Of a stretch of 51,168 nucleotides of DNA, positions 28,392-38,374 are shown one piece after another; position 1 is the stretch's first letter, and every line of letters begins with the position of its first letter. The stretch comes from Planctomycetota bacterium (lineage in GTDB: Bacteria > Planctomycetota > PLA2 > JAEUHO01): contig JBFWRP010000014.1 of NCBI GenBank assembly GCA_050248855.1, positions 60,907-112,074 of the forward strand. Reading direction: 5' to 3'. Made by a program: the position numbers and the translations under genes. The notes under the pieces are model-generated. The model was not told the origin of the DNA, did not search any database, and saw only the letters and a program-made list of their open reading frames with translations.

Positions 28392-29189
28392 GTGCGCCTC
28401 CACGTGGTCATCGCGGTTCACGAAGCCGAGCGGTGGCACGACGCGTGCCTCGCCAGCTTGCGCGCGCAGACGCACGAGGACTGGCGTGCCGTCGTCGTCG
28501 CGGATCCCGGGCGCGACGGCACGGCCGACATCGCCCGCCGCCATGCGGCGGACGACGCACGTCTCGAGGTCCTCCAAGCACCTCGGCGCCGCTGGCAGCT
28601 GGCCAACCGCCAGGCGGGCTGGCGTCACCTCGACCCGCCCGACGACGGCGTGATCGTGTTGCTCGACGGCGACGACCGCTGGGCGCACGATCGCGCGCTC
28701 GCCACGTTGGCCGAGGCGTTCACGGACGTGGGTACCTGGCTGACCTACGGTCGGCACGCAACGTTCCAGGGGCGCGGCACGCGGGCCGAGCGACGCTTTG
28801 CACGCGGCCTCCAGCGCTGGGGGCGGCCGGGTCGCACGCGTGACTACCCGCGCCAGGCCCTTCTCGAACGGACGGTGCGCAGCGTGGGCTGGCGCGCCGG
28901 GCACCCCTTGGCGTTCCGTCGCTTCCTCGCGGAGGCGGTGCGCGAAGAGGACATGCGCGACCGCGACGGACGGCCCTTGCGCGTCGCGACGGACGCGGCG
29001 CTGGCCTACCCGATGCTCGAAATGGCCGGGCCCGACCACGTACGCCATCTTGACGAGGTGCTGTACGTCTACAACAAGGCCGATCAGCACCGCGTCGCCT
29101 GGACGGCGCCGTCGCGGCAGCGTCGGACGCTCCGACGCATCACGCGCCGGACGCCCTACGACGCTTGGACAGGGGACGTCGCGCGATGA
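28392..29189 (+). CDS. Glycosyltransferase family 2
   Basis: VVIAVHE..W...CLASLRAQT..DW, DGT, LLDGDD, D.AL.YPMLEMAG, LYVYN. Confidence 0.88.
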   Translation: MRLHVVIAVHEAERWHDACLASLRAQTHEDWRAVVVADPGRDGTADIARRHAADDARLEVLQAPRRRWQLANRQAGWRHLDPPDDGVIVLLDGDDRWAHDRALATLAEAFTDVGTWLTYGRHATFQGRGTRAERRFARGLQRWGRPGRTRDYPRQALLERTVRSVGWRAGHPLAFRRFLAEAVREEDMRDRDGRPLRVATDAALAYPMLEMAGPDHVRHLDEVLYVYNKADQHRVAWTAPSRQRRTLRRITRRTPYDAWTGDVAR

Positions 29190-29866
29190 CCGCGATCGCA
29201 TCCGCGTGGACGGAGCAGCCGTACGCCGTGTGGCACCTGGACGACGACACGCGCCGTGCGGCGCGAGCCTCCTTCGATCGCCTCCCTGACGATCCGTACG
29301 TGCCCTCCGGTTGGCGTGCGCGGCGGCTGACGCGCTGGGTGCTGGGCCCGGGTACGGAAAGGACGACGCTGTCGCCGAGGGCCGTGTGGCAGACGAAGGC
29401 GCACAACGCGCGCTTCGGCGACCTGCCCCGCTCCTTCGCGCCGTTGGAGGACGACTGGGCGACCAGCGGGGAGCTGGATCGCCTCGTCGCCACGTTCCGC
29501 GCGGCGCTGCCCGAGCCCGTGGACGGTTGGATCCTGTGGGGGCACCAGATACGGACGCGCTGGCGGCCCGGCGGCGTCCTGCCTCCCGCCGACGGACCCC
29601 ACCGCGACGAGCGCGTGTACCTGGCGATCGCCGTGTTCGACGTCGTGGGGATCGAAGCGGGCACCACGCGGCTGCTCGCCGCGCCGGAGGGCCCTGCGCT
29701 GTTCGAGCGCCCGCTTCGCGCGGGCGACGTGCTGCTCTTCGACGACGAACGCCTCTGGCACGAGACGCGGATGCCTCCCCAGGGCGGGCCCGGACACCGC
29801 GACGTGATGCTGTTGGCCGTCACGCGCCACGAGCGGGACGGCGTGCCGCCGGAACCGCGACGGTGA
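29186..29866 (+). CDS. 2OG-Fe(II) dioxygenase family protein
   Basis: LPDDPY...R.RR, HQIR, PHRD (HxD), LWHET and HRDV. ATGA overlap with the GT2 gene. Confidence 0.8.
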   Translation: MTAIASAWTEQPYAVWHLDDDTRRAARASFDRLPDDPYVPSGWRARRLTRWVLGPGTERTTLSPRAVWQTKAHNARFGDLPRSFAPLEDDWATSGELDRLVATFRAALPEPVDGWILWGHQIRTRWRPGGVLPPADGPHRDERVYLAIAVFDVVGIEAGTTRLLAAPEGPALFERPLRAGDVLLFDDERLWHETRMPPQGGPGHRDVMLLAVTRHERDGVPPEPRR

Positions 29867-30804
29867 GCGAGGTCGCGCTCGACGTGCTCGTGCTCTTGCA
29901 CGAGCGCGAAGCCCGTCACGGTCCCCCTTCGCATCGCGTGCACGCGCTCATGGCGCTCTGGCGGGAGGCGGGACTGCGCGTGGCCATTGCCCACGGCGTC
30001 CGCGAGGCGCATCCGGCGCGCGTCGTGCTCCCGCACGTGGATCTCACGCACCGGCCGTCGGACCACGAGACGTGGCTGGCCGACCAACCCGTCGTCCTCA
30101 ACCGGGCCGTTCGCGATCTCTCCAAGCGCCGCGTGAGCGCGCATCTCCTGCGACCGGACTCCGCCTGGGGCGGCCCCGTCGTGGTGAAGACCGACCTCAA
30201 CTTCGGCGGCCACCCCGAGCTGCGTCTGCTCGGGCGCCACGGCTTGCTGGGCCGCTGGGCCCGGCGGCTCCCCAAGCGTTGGACGCGGGCGCGCTGGTGG
30301 CCAAGCCACGCCTACCCCGTGTTCGACCACGTGCGCGAGGTGCCGTCCGACGTGTGGTCGAGCCCGCGCTGGGTGGTGGAGCGGTTCCTGCCCGAGCGCG
30401 AAGGCGACGCCTACGCCCTTCGCACGTGGACGTTCCTGGGCGAGGCCGGGGCGTGCGTACGTCGGGTGGGCGCGCGCGCCATCGTCAAGCCCGCCCATGG
30501 GGACGCGACGCATCCGGTGGAGGTTCCGCCCGAGGTTGCGGTGCGCCGCCGGGAGCTTGGCTTGGACTACGGCAAGCTGGACTTCGTCGTGAACGACGAA
30601 GTCGGCGTGGTCGTCCTCGACGCCAACGCCACGCCCGGCATGCCGCCGGGGCCCGAGGTCCTGCGGCGACGCGCGCTGGACGTCGCGTTGGCGCGGGCCC
30701 TTGCCGCGTGGCTGCCGCCGGACCGATCAGCGCAGCTGGAGCGCCTTCTCGACGGCAGCGACCAGATCGGGGTCGAGGGGCTCGGGGCCGCGCGCGGCCC
30801 ATGA
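29863..30804 (+). CDS. ATP-grasp-like hypothetical protein
   Basis: SKR, PVVVKTDLN, VVERFLPE, LGLDYGKLDFVV...LDANATPG. GTGA overlap. Confidence 0.65.
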   Translation: MSEVALDVLVLLHEREARHGPPSHRVHALMALWREAGLRVAIAHGVREAHPARVVLPHVDLTHRPSDHETWLADQPVVLNRAVRDLSKRRVSAHLLRPDSAWGGPVVVKTDLNFGGHPELRLLGRHGLLGRWARRLPKRWTRARWWPSHAYPVFDHVREVPSDVWSSPRWVVERFLPEREGDAYALRTWTFLGEAGACVRRVGARAIVKPAHGDATHPVEVPPEVAVRRRELGLDYGKLDFVVNDEVGVVVLDANATPGMPPGPEVLRRRALDVALARALAAWLPPDRSAQLERLLDGSDQIGVEGLGAARGP

Positions 30805-31173
30805 GCGACGGCCCTCCTCCACGTCGAACAGCCACGCGACCAGGAGCGCCTCGAGAGCGGACTGGACCTCGCGCGGCTTGGCCTGCACGAGGCCGCGTGC
30901 CCACGTGCGCTCCGCCGGCTGCGGCGCCGCGGACCGCGCCCCACCCCCGGATTCCAGCCCGTCAAACGGCCGCCAGCCCGCCAGCCGGTCCGGGTTCTCG
31001 CGGACGAGGTCCTGGGCAACGCGCTGCGCGAGGGGCACGCCCTTCGTGCCCGGAGGCGGCCCGTCGCGCGGAATCACGTGGGCCAGCGCGAGGCCGGCCC
31101 AGATCGCTGCCAGCAGCGCCGCGAGCCACCAGAGCCTGAACGGGCGGCCGGCCGTGGGCGGGGGTGCCGTCAC
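30727..31173 (-). CDS. Hypothetical exported/membrane protein
   Basis: Hydrophobic N-terminus. TAGAGT lies 6 nt before the GTG. Overlaps the convergent gene by 78 bp. Confidence 0.5.
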   Translation of the reverse strand: MTAPPPTAGRPFRLWWLAALLAAIWAGLALAHVIPRDGPPPGTKGVPLAQRVAQDLVRENPDRLAGWRPFDGLESGGGARSAAPQPAERTWARGLVQAKPREVQSALEALLVAWLFDVEEGRRSWAARGPEPLDPDLVAAVEKALQLR

Positions 31174-31337
31174 GCGGGCACTCTACGACCGGGTGGGCGT
31201 CGGCGGCCGTCGAGGCTACCCTGCGCGGCTCGCCGGCGCCCCGGATGCACGTGTCCGGGGCCGCCGTCGGCCGGCCTCCGAGGAGGTCGCGCCCCGACGG
31301 CGCCCGTGGAGGGACCCGGTCGTTCGGAAAGAGACAG

Positions 31338-31943
31338 ATGGGTCGTTACACCGGACCGAAGGTCAAGAAGAGCAAGCGCGTTCGCGCCCCGATCGCCGAG
31401 ACCACGAAGCACATGAAGGCCGACCTGGACCGCGGTCCGGGCGTGCATGGCTTCAGCCGTCGCCGCAAGAGCACGATCTACGGCGATCGCCTGCGCGAGA
31501 AGCAGAAGCTCGCGTTCTTCTATCACGTCTCCGACAAGCAGTTCCGCCGCTACATGGCGGAAGCGCAGCGCACGAGCGCCAACACCGGTGAGAAGCTCAA
31601 CGAGCTCCTCGAGCGTCGTCTGGACAACGTCGTCCGTCGCGCGGGCTTCACCCGCACGATCTGGCAGGCCCGCCAGGTCGTCACGCATGGCCACATCCAG
31701 GTCAACGGCTCGAAGGTCGACCGCCCCTCCTACCAGGTGCGGGCCGGCGACGTCGTGACCGTGCGCGGCAAGAGCCAGAAGGCCGTCACGGCCATGGCCG
31801 AGTCCGTCGACACGGGCTCGATCATCCCGAAGTGGATGGAAGTCGACGCGGAGAAGCTGACGGCGAAGGTCTTGGCCCTGCCGCAGCCCGACGAGATCTT
31901 CCGCCCCTTCGAGACCAACATGCAGCTCGTCATCGAGTTCTGA
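31338..31943 (+). CDS. rpsD: 30S ribosomal protein S4
   Basis: MGRYTGPK, PGVHG, LREKQK, LERRLDNVV, ARQVVTHGHIQVNG.KVDRPSY. Confidence 0.98.
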   Translation: MGRYTGPKVKKSKRVRAPIAETTKHMKADLDRGPGVHGFSRRRKSTIYGDRLREKQKLAFFYHVSDKQFRRYMAEAQRTSANTGEKLNELLERRLDNVVRRAGFTRTIWQARQVVTHGHIQVNGSKVDRPSYQVRAGDVVTVRGKSQKAVTAMAESVDTGSIIPKWMEVDAEKLTAKVLALPQPDEIFRPFETNMQLVIEF

Positions 31944-31965
31944 TCGCCGCCAACACCGCGATCCC

Positions 31966-31999
31966 CGACGACCCTCGCGAGCGATCGCGGGGGTCGTTG
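31966..31999 (+). terminator. 15-bp GC-rich hairpin with GCGA loop after rpsD
   Basis: cgacgaccctcgcga-GCGA-tcgcgggggtcgttg. No U-tract; lies between convergent genes. Confidence 0.5.
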
Positions 32000-32000
32000 T

Positions 32001-32204
32001 CGTATACGGTGCCAGAGCAATTCCTATCACCGAGCGTCCAGGTCCCCGTATACGGTGCCAGAGCAATTCCTATCACCGAGCGTCCAGGTCCCTGCTCGGC
32101 CTCGAGTGCCGCTGCCCCGCTCGGTGATAGGAATTGCTCTGGCACCGTACTCCCGCTCGGTGATAGGAATTGCTCTGGCACCGTACTCCTGGCACCGTAC
32201 TCCC
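32001..32204. repeat. Repeat family C: two direct and two inverted copies of TACGGTGCCAGAGCAATTCCTATCACCGAGCG
   Basis: Exact 32-mers at 32005 and 32051 (direct) and at 32118 and 32154 (inverted), plus a partial copy at ~32189-32204. Confidence 0.95.
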
Positions 32205-32205
32205 G

Positions 32206-32586
32206 TCACGGCCCGCCGAGGATCGCGCGTACCGCGGCGACAAGGCCTTCGGGGTTGTAGGGCTTGCCGAGGAAGCCGGGCTTGGGCTCGGCCTCGTAGC
32301 GGGCCAGCGTTTCTTCCTCCCCGTAGCCGCTGGTGAGCACGGCGGGCAGGTCCGGCCGCACGCGCCGCAGCGCCGTCACGGTCTCGGCGCCGTCCATGCC
32401 CGGCATCGACATGTCGACCAGGACCAAGTCGATGGCCCGGGGGTCTTGCTCGAGGAGCGCGACGGCGGCAGGACCGTCCTCCGCTCCCACGGCATCGTAG
32501 CCACCCATGCGCTGCAGGATCCGCACGGCCACGTTGCGGACGGTCGCCTCGTCGTCGACGACGAGCACGGTCGGGGTTCGGTCCAC
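32206..32586 (-). CDS. Single-domain response regulator
   Basis: VLVVDDE, DLVLVDMSMPGMDG, TSGY and KPY motifs. GGAG upstream of the GTG. Confidence 0.92.
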   Translation of the reverse strand: MDRTPTVLVVDDEATVRNVAVRILQRMGGYDAVGAEDGPAAVALLEQDPRAIDLVLVDMSMPGMDGAETVTALRRVRPDLPAVLTSGYGEEETLARYEAEPKPGFLGKPYNPEGLVAAVRAILGGP

Positions 32587-32695
32587 GCTTCTCCCGGCCC
32601 CTCTCCTCCACGGGGTTCGTGCGGGCAACGGCGGCCCGGTCGCGTCAGGCGGCCTCCCTCGCCAAACGAACGCGTCCAGGGTAGGGACGGTGCGG

Positions 32696-32794
32696 TACGG
32701 AGCCAGAGCAATTCTCGTCACCGGGTGCGGCAGCGGCCGGCGGCGCCGGGCGGCCCCCTGGATGCTCGGTGATGGGAGCTGCCCTGGCTCCGCG
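32696..32794. repeat. Diverged family C inverted-repeat element
   Basis: tacggagccagagcaattctcgtcaccgggtg, a 35-nt loop, then tgctcggtgatgggagctgccctggctccg. Confidence 0.85.
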
Positions 32795-33502
32795 TCACGG
32801 CGGAGTCGGCAGCAGATCGTCGGCGCCGATGGGCTCCATCAAGCGCTCCGGGCCCACGGCGCGGGCGAGGTCGTACTCGCCGATGGCCGTGCGCCGCAGC
32901 GAGGCCAAGTGGCCGCCACAGCCAAGCCGCACGCCGAGGTCGCGCGCCAGCGACCGCACGTAGAAGCCCTTGCCGCAGTCGATCGAAAGCGCCAGCTCGG
33001 GCCAGTCGTAGCGTAGGCGTCGGATGGCGTCGACGCGGACGAGACGGGTGGGCAGCTCGAGCGCCTCACCGGCGCGAGCGCGGTCGTAGGCCCGCTTGCC
33101 CTCGACGTGGACCGCGCTGTACGCCGGCGGGGCCTGCTCGATCTCGCCCACGAAGGCCTGGAGGGCCTCGTCGATCCCTGCCTCCGTCGGCGGCCGGTCG
33201 ACGTCGACCTCCTCGCGCGGACCTTCCCGATCGTCCGTGCTCGTGAACGCCGAGAGGTCGATGACCGTCTCGTAGCGCTTGGGCAACGCCATGAGCGCGT
33301 CGACCGCCCGCGTCGCCCGTCCCAGGCAGCAGATCACCACGCCCGTCGCCAGGGGGTCGAGCGTGCCCGCATGCCCCGTCTTCACGAAGCCGGCCGCGTC
33401 GCGGACACGGCGGACGACGTCCATCGAGCTCCAGCCCAGCGGCTTGTCGACCACGAGCAGGCCTTCGAGAGCGCTCTTGCGATAGCGGGGGCGGCGGGGC
33501 AT
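32795..33502 (-). CDS. truB: tRNA pseudouridine(55) synthase
   Basis: VDKPLG.SS, GHAGTLDPLATGV, QAPPAYSA, CGKGFYVRSLARDLG, LRRTAIG. Short form without PUA domain. Confidence 0.96.
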   Translation of the reverse strand: MPRRPRYRKSALEGLLVVDKPLGWSSMDVVRRVRDAAGFVKTGHAGTLDPLATGVVICCLGRATRAVDALMALPKRYETVIDLSAFTSTDDREGPREEVDVDRPPTEAGIDEALQAFVGEIEQAPPAYSAVHVEGKRAYDRARAGEALELPTRLVRVDAIRRLRYDWPELALSIDCGKGFYVRSLARDLGVRLGCGGHLASLRRTAIGEYDLARAVGPERLMEPIGADDLLPTPP

Positions 33503-33526
33503 GGGGCCCCGACCCTACCCCCGCGC

Positions 33527-33640
33527 GTACGGTGCCAGCGCGTACGGTGCCAGAGCAATTCCCATCACCGAGTGGGACGACGGCGGTCGGAACCGTGAGG
33601 CGCGTGCTCACTCGGTGATAGGAATTGCTCTGGCACCGTA
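33527..33640. repeat. Family C inverted-repeat element between divergent truB and DUF3465 genes
   Basis: Arm 33543-33574, 34-nt loop, inverted arm 33609-33640, plus a partial arm at 33527-33538. Confidence 0.93.
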
Positions 33641-34146
33641 TGAAGCGCGCCCAACGTCCCCTGGCCACCGTCATCGCCGTCCTGGCGATCGCCGCATGGC
33701 TGTGGTGGGAGCAGCGCGGGCGGGGGAGCGCGCCCGAGGCGCCCCCGAAGACCGCCCCGGGGGGCACCCGGGAGCAGCGACCGCCGCGCCCGGGCGGCGT
33801 CATCGCGCCGGCCGACCCCAACACCGAGCTGGTGGCCGCCTGGCGTGCGGGCGCCGACGGCACGTGGGTCAGCGGCCGGGCCCGGGTGATGAAGCTGCTC
33901 GCGGACGACCTCCAGACTCCGCGCCACCAGCGGCTCCTCTTCCGGGTCCATCCGGACCTGGTGGTCAAGCTGAGCCACAACATCGACTTGGCCCCGCGCC
34001 TGCCCCTGAAGGTGGGGGACGAGTTCGAGTACCACGGCCGCTACGAGATGGGCGAGCACGGGGCGCTGGTCCACTGGACCCACCACGACCCCGGCGGCTC
34101 CCACAGCGGGGGCTGGGTCAAGGTCGGCGGCAAGACCTACCGCTAG
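33640..34146 (+). CDS. DUF3465-domain exported protein
   Basis: KLLADD...RHQR...HNIDLAPR...GD...G.YE...VHWTHHDP.G.H.GGW. Confidence 0.85.
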   Translation: MKRAQRPLATVIAVLAIAAWLWWEQRGRGSAPEAPPKTAPGGTREQRPPRPGGVIAPADPNTELVAAWRAGADGTWVSGRARVMKLLADDLQTPRHQRLLFRVHPDLVVKLSHNIDLAPRLPLKVGDEFEYHGRYEMGEHGALVHWTHHDPGGSHSGGWVKVGGKTYR

Positions 34147-34201
34147 CCGCCCGCGCACAACGCCCCGGGCAGGTCTTCCAAGCCCCGGAGCGGGCGCTAG
34201 A

Positions 34202-34230
34202 TTGAAAACCAGACCAGATTGGTCCTCTTT
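34202..34230 (+). promoter_or_regulatory. Probable Rrf2 (Suf regulator) operator
   Basis: AT-rich island with palindrome GACCA-gat-TGGTC (34212-34224) next to TTGAAA, just upstream of the Rrf2 ATG. Confidence 0.55.
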
Positions 34231-34243
34231 CCTGGAGCCGCCC

Positions 34244-34746
34244 ATGATCCGCGTCACCAAGCTCGCCGACTACGGGGTCTTGCTGATGAGCTGGTTCGCG
34301 CGCGCCGAGGCTCGCCATCGGCGCCTGGGGTCCAAGGACCCGATCCCGATGGTATCCGCCACCGACTTGGCACGCCACACGGGCGTGCCCGCTCCGACCG
34401 TGAGCAAGCTGCTCCGTCAGCTCGCCACCGCCGACCTCCTCGCGTCCACGCGCGGCGTCCACGGCGGCTACCGCCTCGCGCGCCCGGCCGCCGAGATCCC
34501 CGTCGCCGCACTGCTGGAGGCGATCGAGGGGCCCATCGCCCTGACGGAGTGCATGGACGACGGTCCCGGATGCGGCATGGAGCCCATCTGTTCCACGCGC
34601 GGCAGCTGGGGTCGCATCAACGACGCGCTGAAGCGGGCACTCAGCGAGATCTCGCTGGAGGAGATGGCGAACGAGGAGGCCCGCGCGAGCACTCCGACGC
34701 CCGGCCACCCGATGTCGCAGCCGCAGACCTTCACGACGGAGTCGGC

Positions 34747-34750
<4 letters not shown>
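34244..34750 (+). CDS. Rrf2-family SUF system Fe-S cluster assembly regulator
   Basis: [35 protein letters not shown]6-C-x5-C. First gene of the suf operon. Confidence 0.92.
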
Positions 34751-36246
<1,496 letters not shown>

Positions 36247-36281
36247 GCGCCGCGTGCCGCGCCTCCAGGGGCGCAGGAGCC

Positions 36282-37046
36282 ATGACCATGCTCGAAATCC
36301 AAGGACTGTCCGCGCGGGTGGGCGAGAGGCCCATCCTCGAAGGCCTCGACCTCGTGGTGCCCACGGGCGAGGTGCACGCCGTGATGGGGCCCAACGGCTC
36401 CGGCAAGAGCACGCTCGCCAAGGTGCTGGCTGGTCATCCCTCCGTCGAGGTGACGGCCGGCACCGTGCGCTACCAAGGCCAGGACCTCCTGGCCCTCGAA
36501 CCGGAAGAGCGCGCGCGCGAGGGGGTGTTCCTCGCCTTCCAGTACCCCATCGAGATTCCCGGCGTCAGCAACAGCACGCTGCTCCGGGAGGGCTTGAATG
36601 CCATTCGCGCCCACCGCGGCGAGAAGCCGCTCGACGCGATGGACTTCCTGAAGCTCGCACGCGCCCACGCCGCGAAGCTGGGCATGGACCCGGCCATGCT
36701 GGGCCGATCGGTCAACGAGGGCTTCAGCGGCGGCGAGAAGAAGCGCAACGAGGTGTTGCAGATGCTCGTCCTCGAGCCGCGGCTCGCGGTGCTGGACGAG
36801 ACGGACTCCGGCCTGGACATCGATGCGCTGAAGGTGGTCGCCAGCGGCGTCAACGCGCTGCGTTCGCCCGAGCGCTCGTTCCTCGTGATCACGCACTACC
36901 AGCGCTTGCTCGACCACATCGTCCCCGACGTGGTGCACGTGCTGGCCGGCGGTCGCATCGTGCGCACGGGCGATCGCTCGCTCGCGCTCGAGCTGGAAGA
37001 GAAGGGCTACGGCTGGCTCGATGCCGCGGCCGGAGCAGCGCGATGA
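36282..37046 (+). CDS. sufC: Fe-S cluster assembly ATPase SufC
   Basis: GPNGSGKST, FQYPIEIPGV, NEGFSGGEKKRNE, DETDSGLDIDAL, ITHYQRLL. Confidence 0.98.
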   Translation: MTMLEIQGLSARVGERPILEGLDLVVPTGEVHAVMGPNGSGKSTLAKVLAGHPSVEVTAGTVRYQGQDLLALEPEERAREGVFLAFQYPIEIPGVSNSTLLREGLNAIRAHRGEKPLDAMDFLKLARAHAAKLGMDPAMLGRSVNEGFSGGEKKRNEVLQMLVLEPRLAVLDETDSGLDIDALKVVASGVNALRSPERSFLVITHYQRLLDHIVPDVVHVLAGGRIVRTGDRSLALELEEKGYGWLDAAAGAAR

Positions 37047-38374
37047 CGACGGCCAGCGCCTCGCGCTTGGAGCCCCGCCTCGGCGCTGCGCTCGCCGATG
37101 ACGCGCCGCCCGCGGGGTCGCCCGCGTGGCGGGTCGCGCTGGCCGCCGGTGCCCGCGAACGGTTGGCGGCTACGGGCCTTCCCACGCGTCGTGACGAGGA
37201 CCACCTCTACACCGACGTGCGTCCGCTCGGCGCGCTGCTGGCCCGGCGCGCTGGTCCTGCCCGCCGCATGGGCCCGATGCCCGCCGACCGCCTGCACCTC
37301 TCGCCCTTCGCGCCGGAAGCCGTGATCGTCAACGGTCGCCTCGACCTCGCCGCCAGCCGCATGGACGCTTGGCTCGCGCGGCACGGTGGCACATGGCTCG
37401 GTCGCATCACGAACCTGGCCGACGCACCCGTGGGCCGGGCCTTGGCCACGCGCGGCGGCGCCTGGGCGGCGCTCAACGACGCGCGTTTCGTGGACGGGTT
37501 GGGCGTGCGCCTCCCGACCGGTCACAAGGCCGCAGGTCCCCTCGTCGTCGTGCATACGACGGCGCCCGACGGGATCGATCGCCAGGCGGCGGCGTTCCCC
37601 CGCCTCTACGTGGAGGCCGGCGAGGGCGCCGAGGCACTGCTGGTCGAGATCCACCTCGCCGATCCCGAGGGCCCGGAGCTGGTGGACGCGGCGACCGAGA
37701 TCGAGCTGGCCCCCGGCGCCCGCCTCGTGCACCTCCGCCTGCAGCTTCAGCACGGCGCCGCGCGGCACGTGGCCACGACGGCCGCGCGCTTGGACCGCGA
37801 CAGCTCGTACCGCTTGGTGGACGTCACGTTCGGCGGGGCCACGCATCGCCACGAGATCCACGCGGATCTCCTGGCGCCCGGCGCCGACCTGGACCTCGCG
37901 GGTCTCTACGTGCTGCGCGACGCCGACCACGCCGACACGCACGTCACCGTGGACCACCGTGTCGAGCACGGGACCAGCCGCCAGATCGTGAAGGGCATCC
38001 TGGACGACCGCGCGAAGGGTGCGTTCACGGGCCGCGTCCTCGTCCATCCGGACGCGCAGCAGACGTCGGGGCGGCAGGCCCACCATGCACTCCTGTTGTC
38101 CGAGGGTGCGCGCGTGGACACGCGCCCGCAGCTGGAGATCCATGCCGACGACGTGCAGTGCGCGCACGGCGCCACGGTCGGCCAGCTCGACGAGGAGGCC
38201 CTGGGCTACCTGCAGTCGCGCGCGATCGGCCGCGAGCGCGCGCGTGCCCTGCTCGTGCACGCCTTCGCGCACGAGGTCGTGCAGGCAATCGGCCACGAGG
38301 CCCTCGCGCAGGACGTCCATCGACTGCTGGAGGCCCGCCTCGAGGGTGCGCACATGATGGAGCCGGCGACGTGA
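37043..38374 (+). CDS. sufD: Fe-S cluster assembly protein SufD
   Basis: GLPTRRDE, KGILD, AQQT, PQLEIHADDVQCAHGATVGQLD, YLQSR. ATGA overlap. Confidence 0.95.
   Translation: MTTASASRLEPRLGAALADDAPPAGSPAWRVALAAGARERLAATGLPTRRDEDHLYTDVRPLGALLARRAGPARRMGPMPADRLHLSPFAPEAVIVNGRLDLAASRMDAWLARHGGTWLGRITNLADAPVGRALATRGGAWAALNDARFVDGLGVRLPTGHKAAGPLVVVHTTAPDGIDRQAAAFPRLYVEAGEGAEALLVEIHLADPEGPELVDAATEIELAPGARLVHLRLQLQHGAARHVATTAARLDRDSSYRLVDVTFGGATHRHEIHADLLAPGADLDLAGLYVLRDADHADTHVTVDHRVEHGTSRQIVKGILDDRAKGAFTGRVLVHPDAQQTSGRQAHHALLLSEGARVDTRPQLEIHADDVQCAHGATVGQLDEEALGYLQSRAIGRERARALLVHAFAHEVVQAIGHEALAQDVHRLLEARLEGAHMMEPAT

Noticed and set aside
30727..30804. 78-bp overlap of convergent genes as a special antisense system
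   Set aside because: Short 3' overlaps are common in high-GC genomes where stop codons are rare, and the overlapping tail is non-conserved-looking.
31941..31999. Selenocysteine read-through of the rpsD TGA with the downstream hairpin as SECIS
   Set aside because: Read-through would append about 130 residues of repeat-derived sequence, to the next in-frame stop at 32336. The hairpin is better explained as a terminator.
32005..33640. Family C loops as acquired spacers, or elements as integron attC sites
   Set aside because: The loops are diverged homologs of each other (24/35 identity between two of them), not unique captures. There are no RYYYAAC/GTTRRRY ends and no integrase.
34219..34746. 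N-terminal extensions of sufB and similarly of sufC, sufD, sufS, sufU, folK and the hybrid kinase in the ORF track
   Set aside because: The extensions overlap upstream genes in another frame. True starts coincide with ATGA/GTGA overlaps or conserved N-termini.
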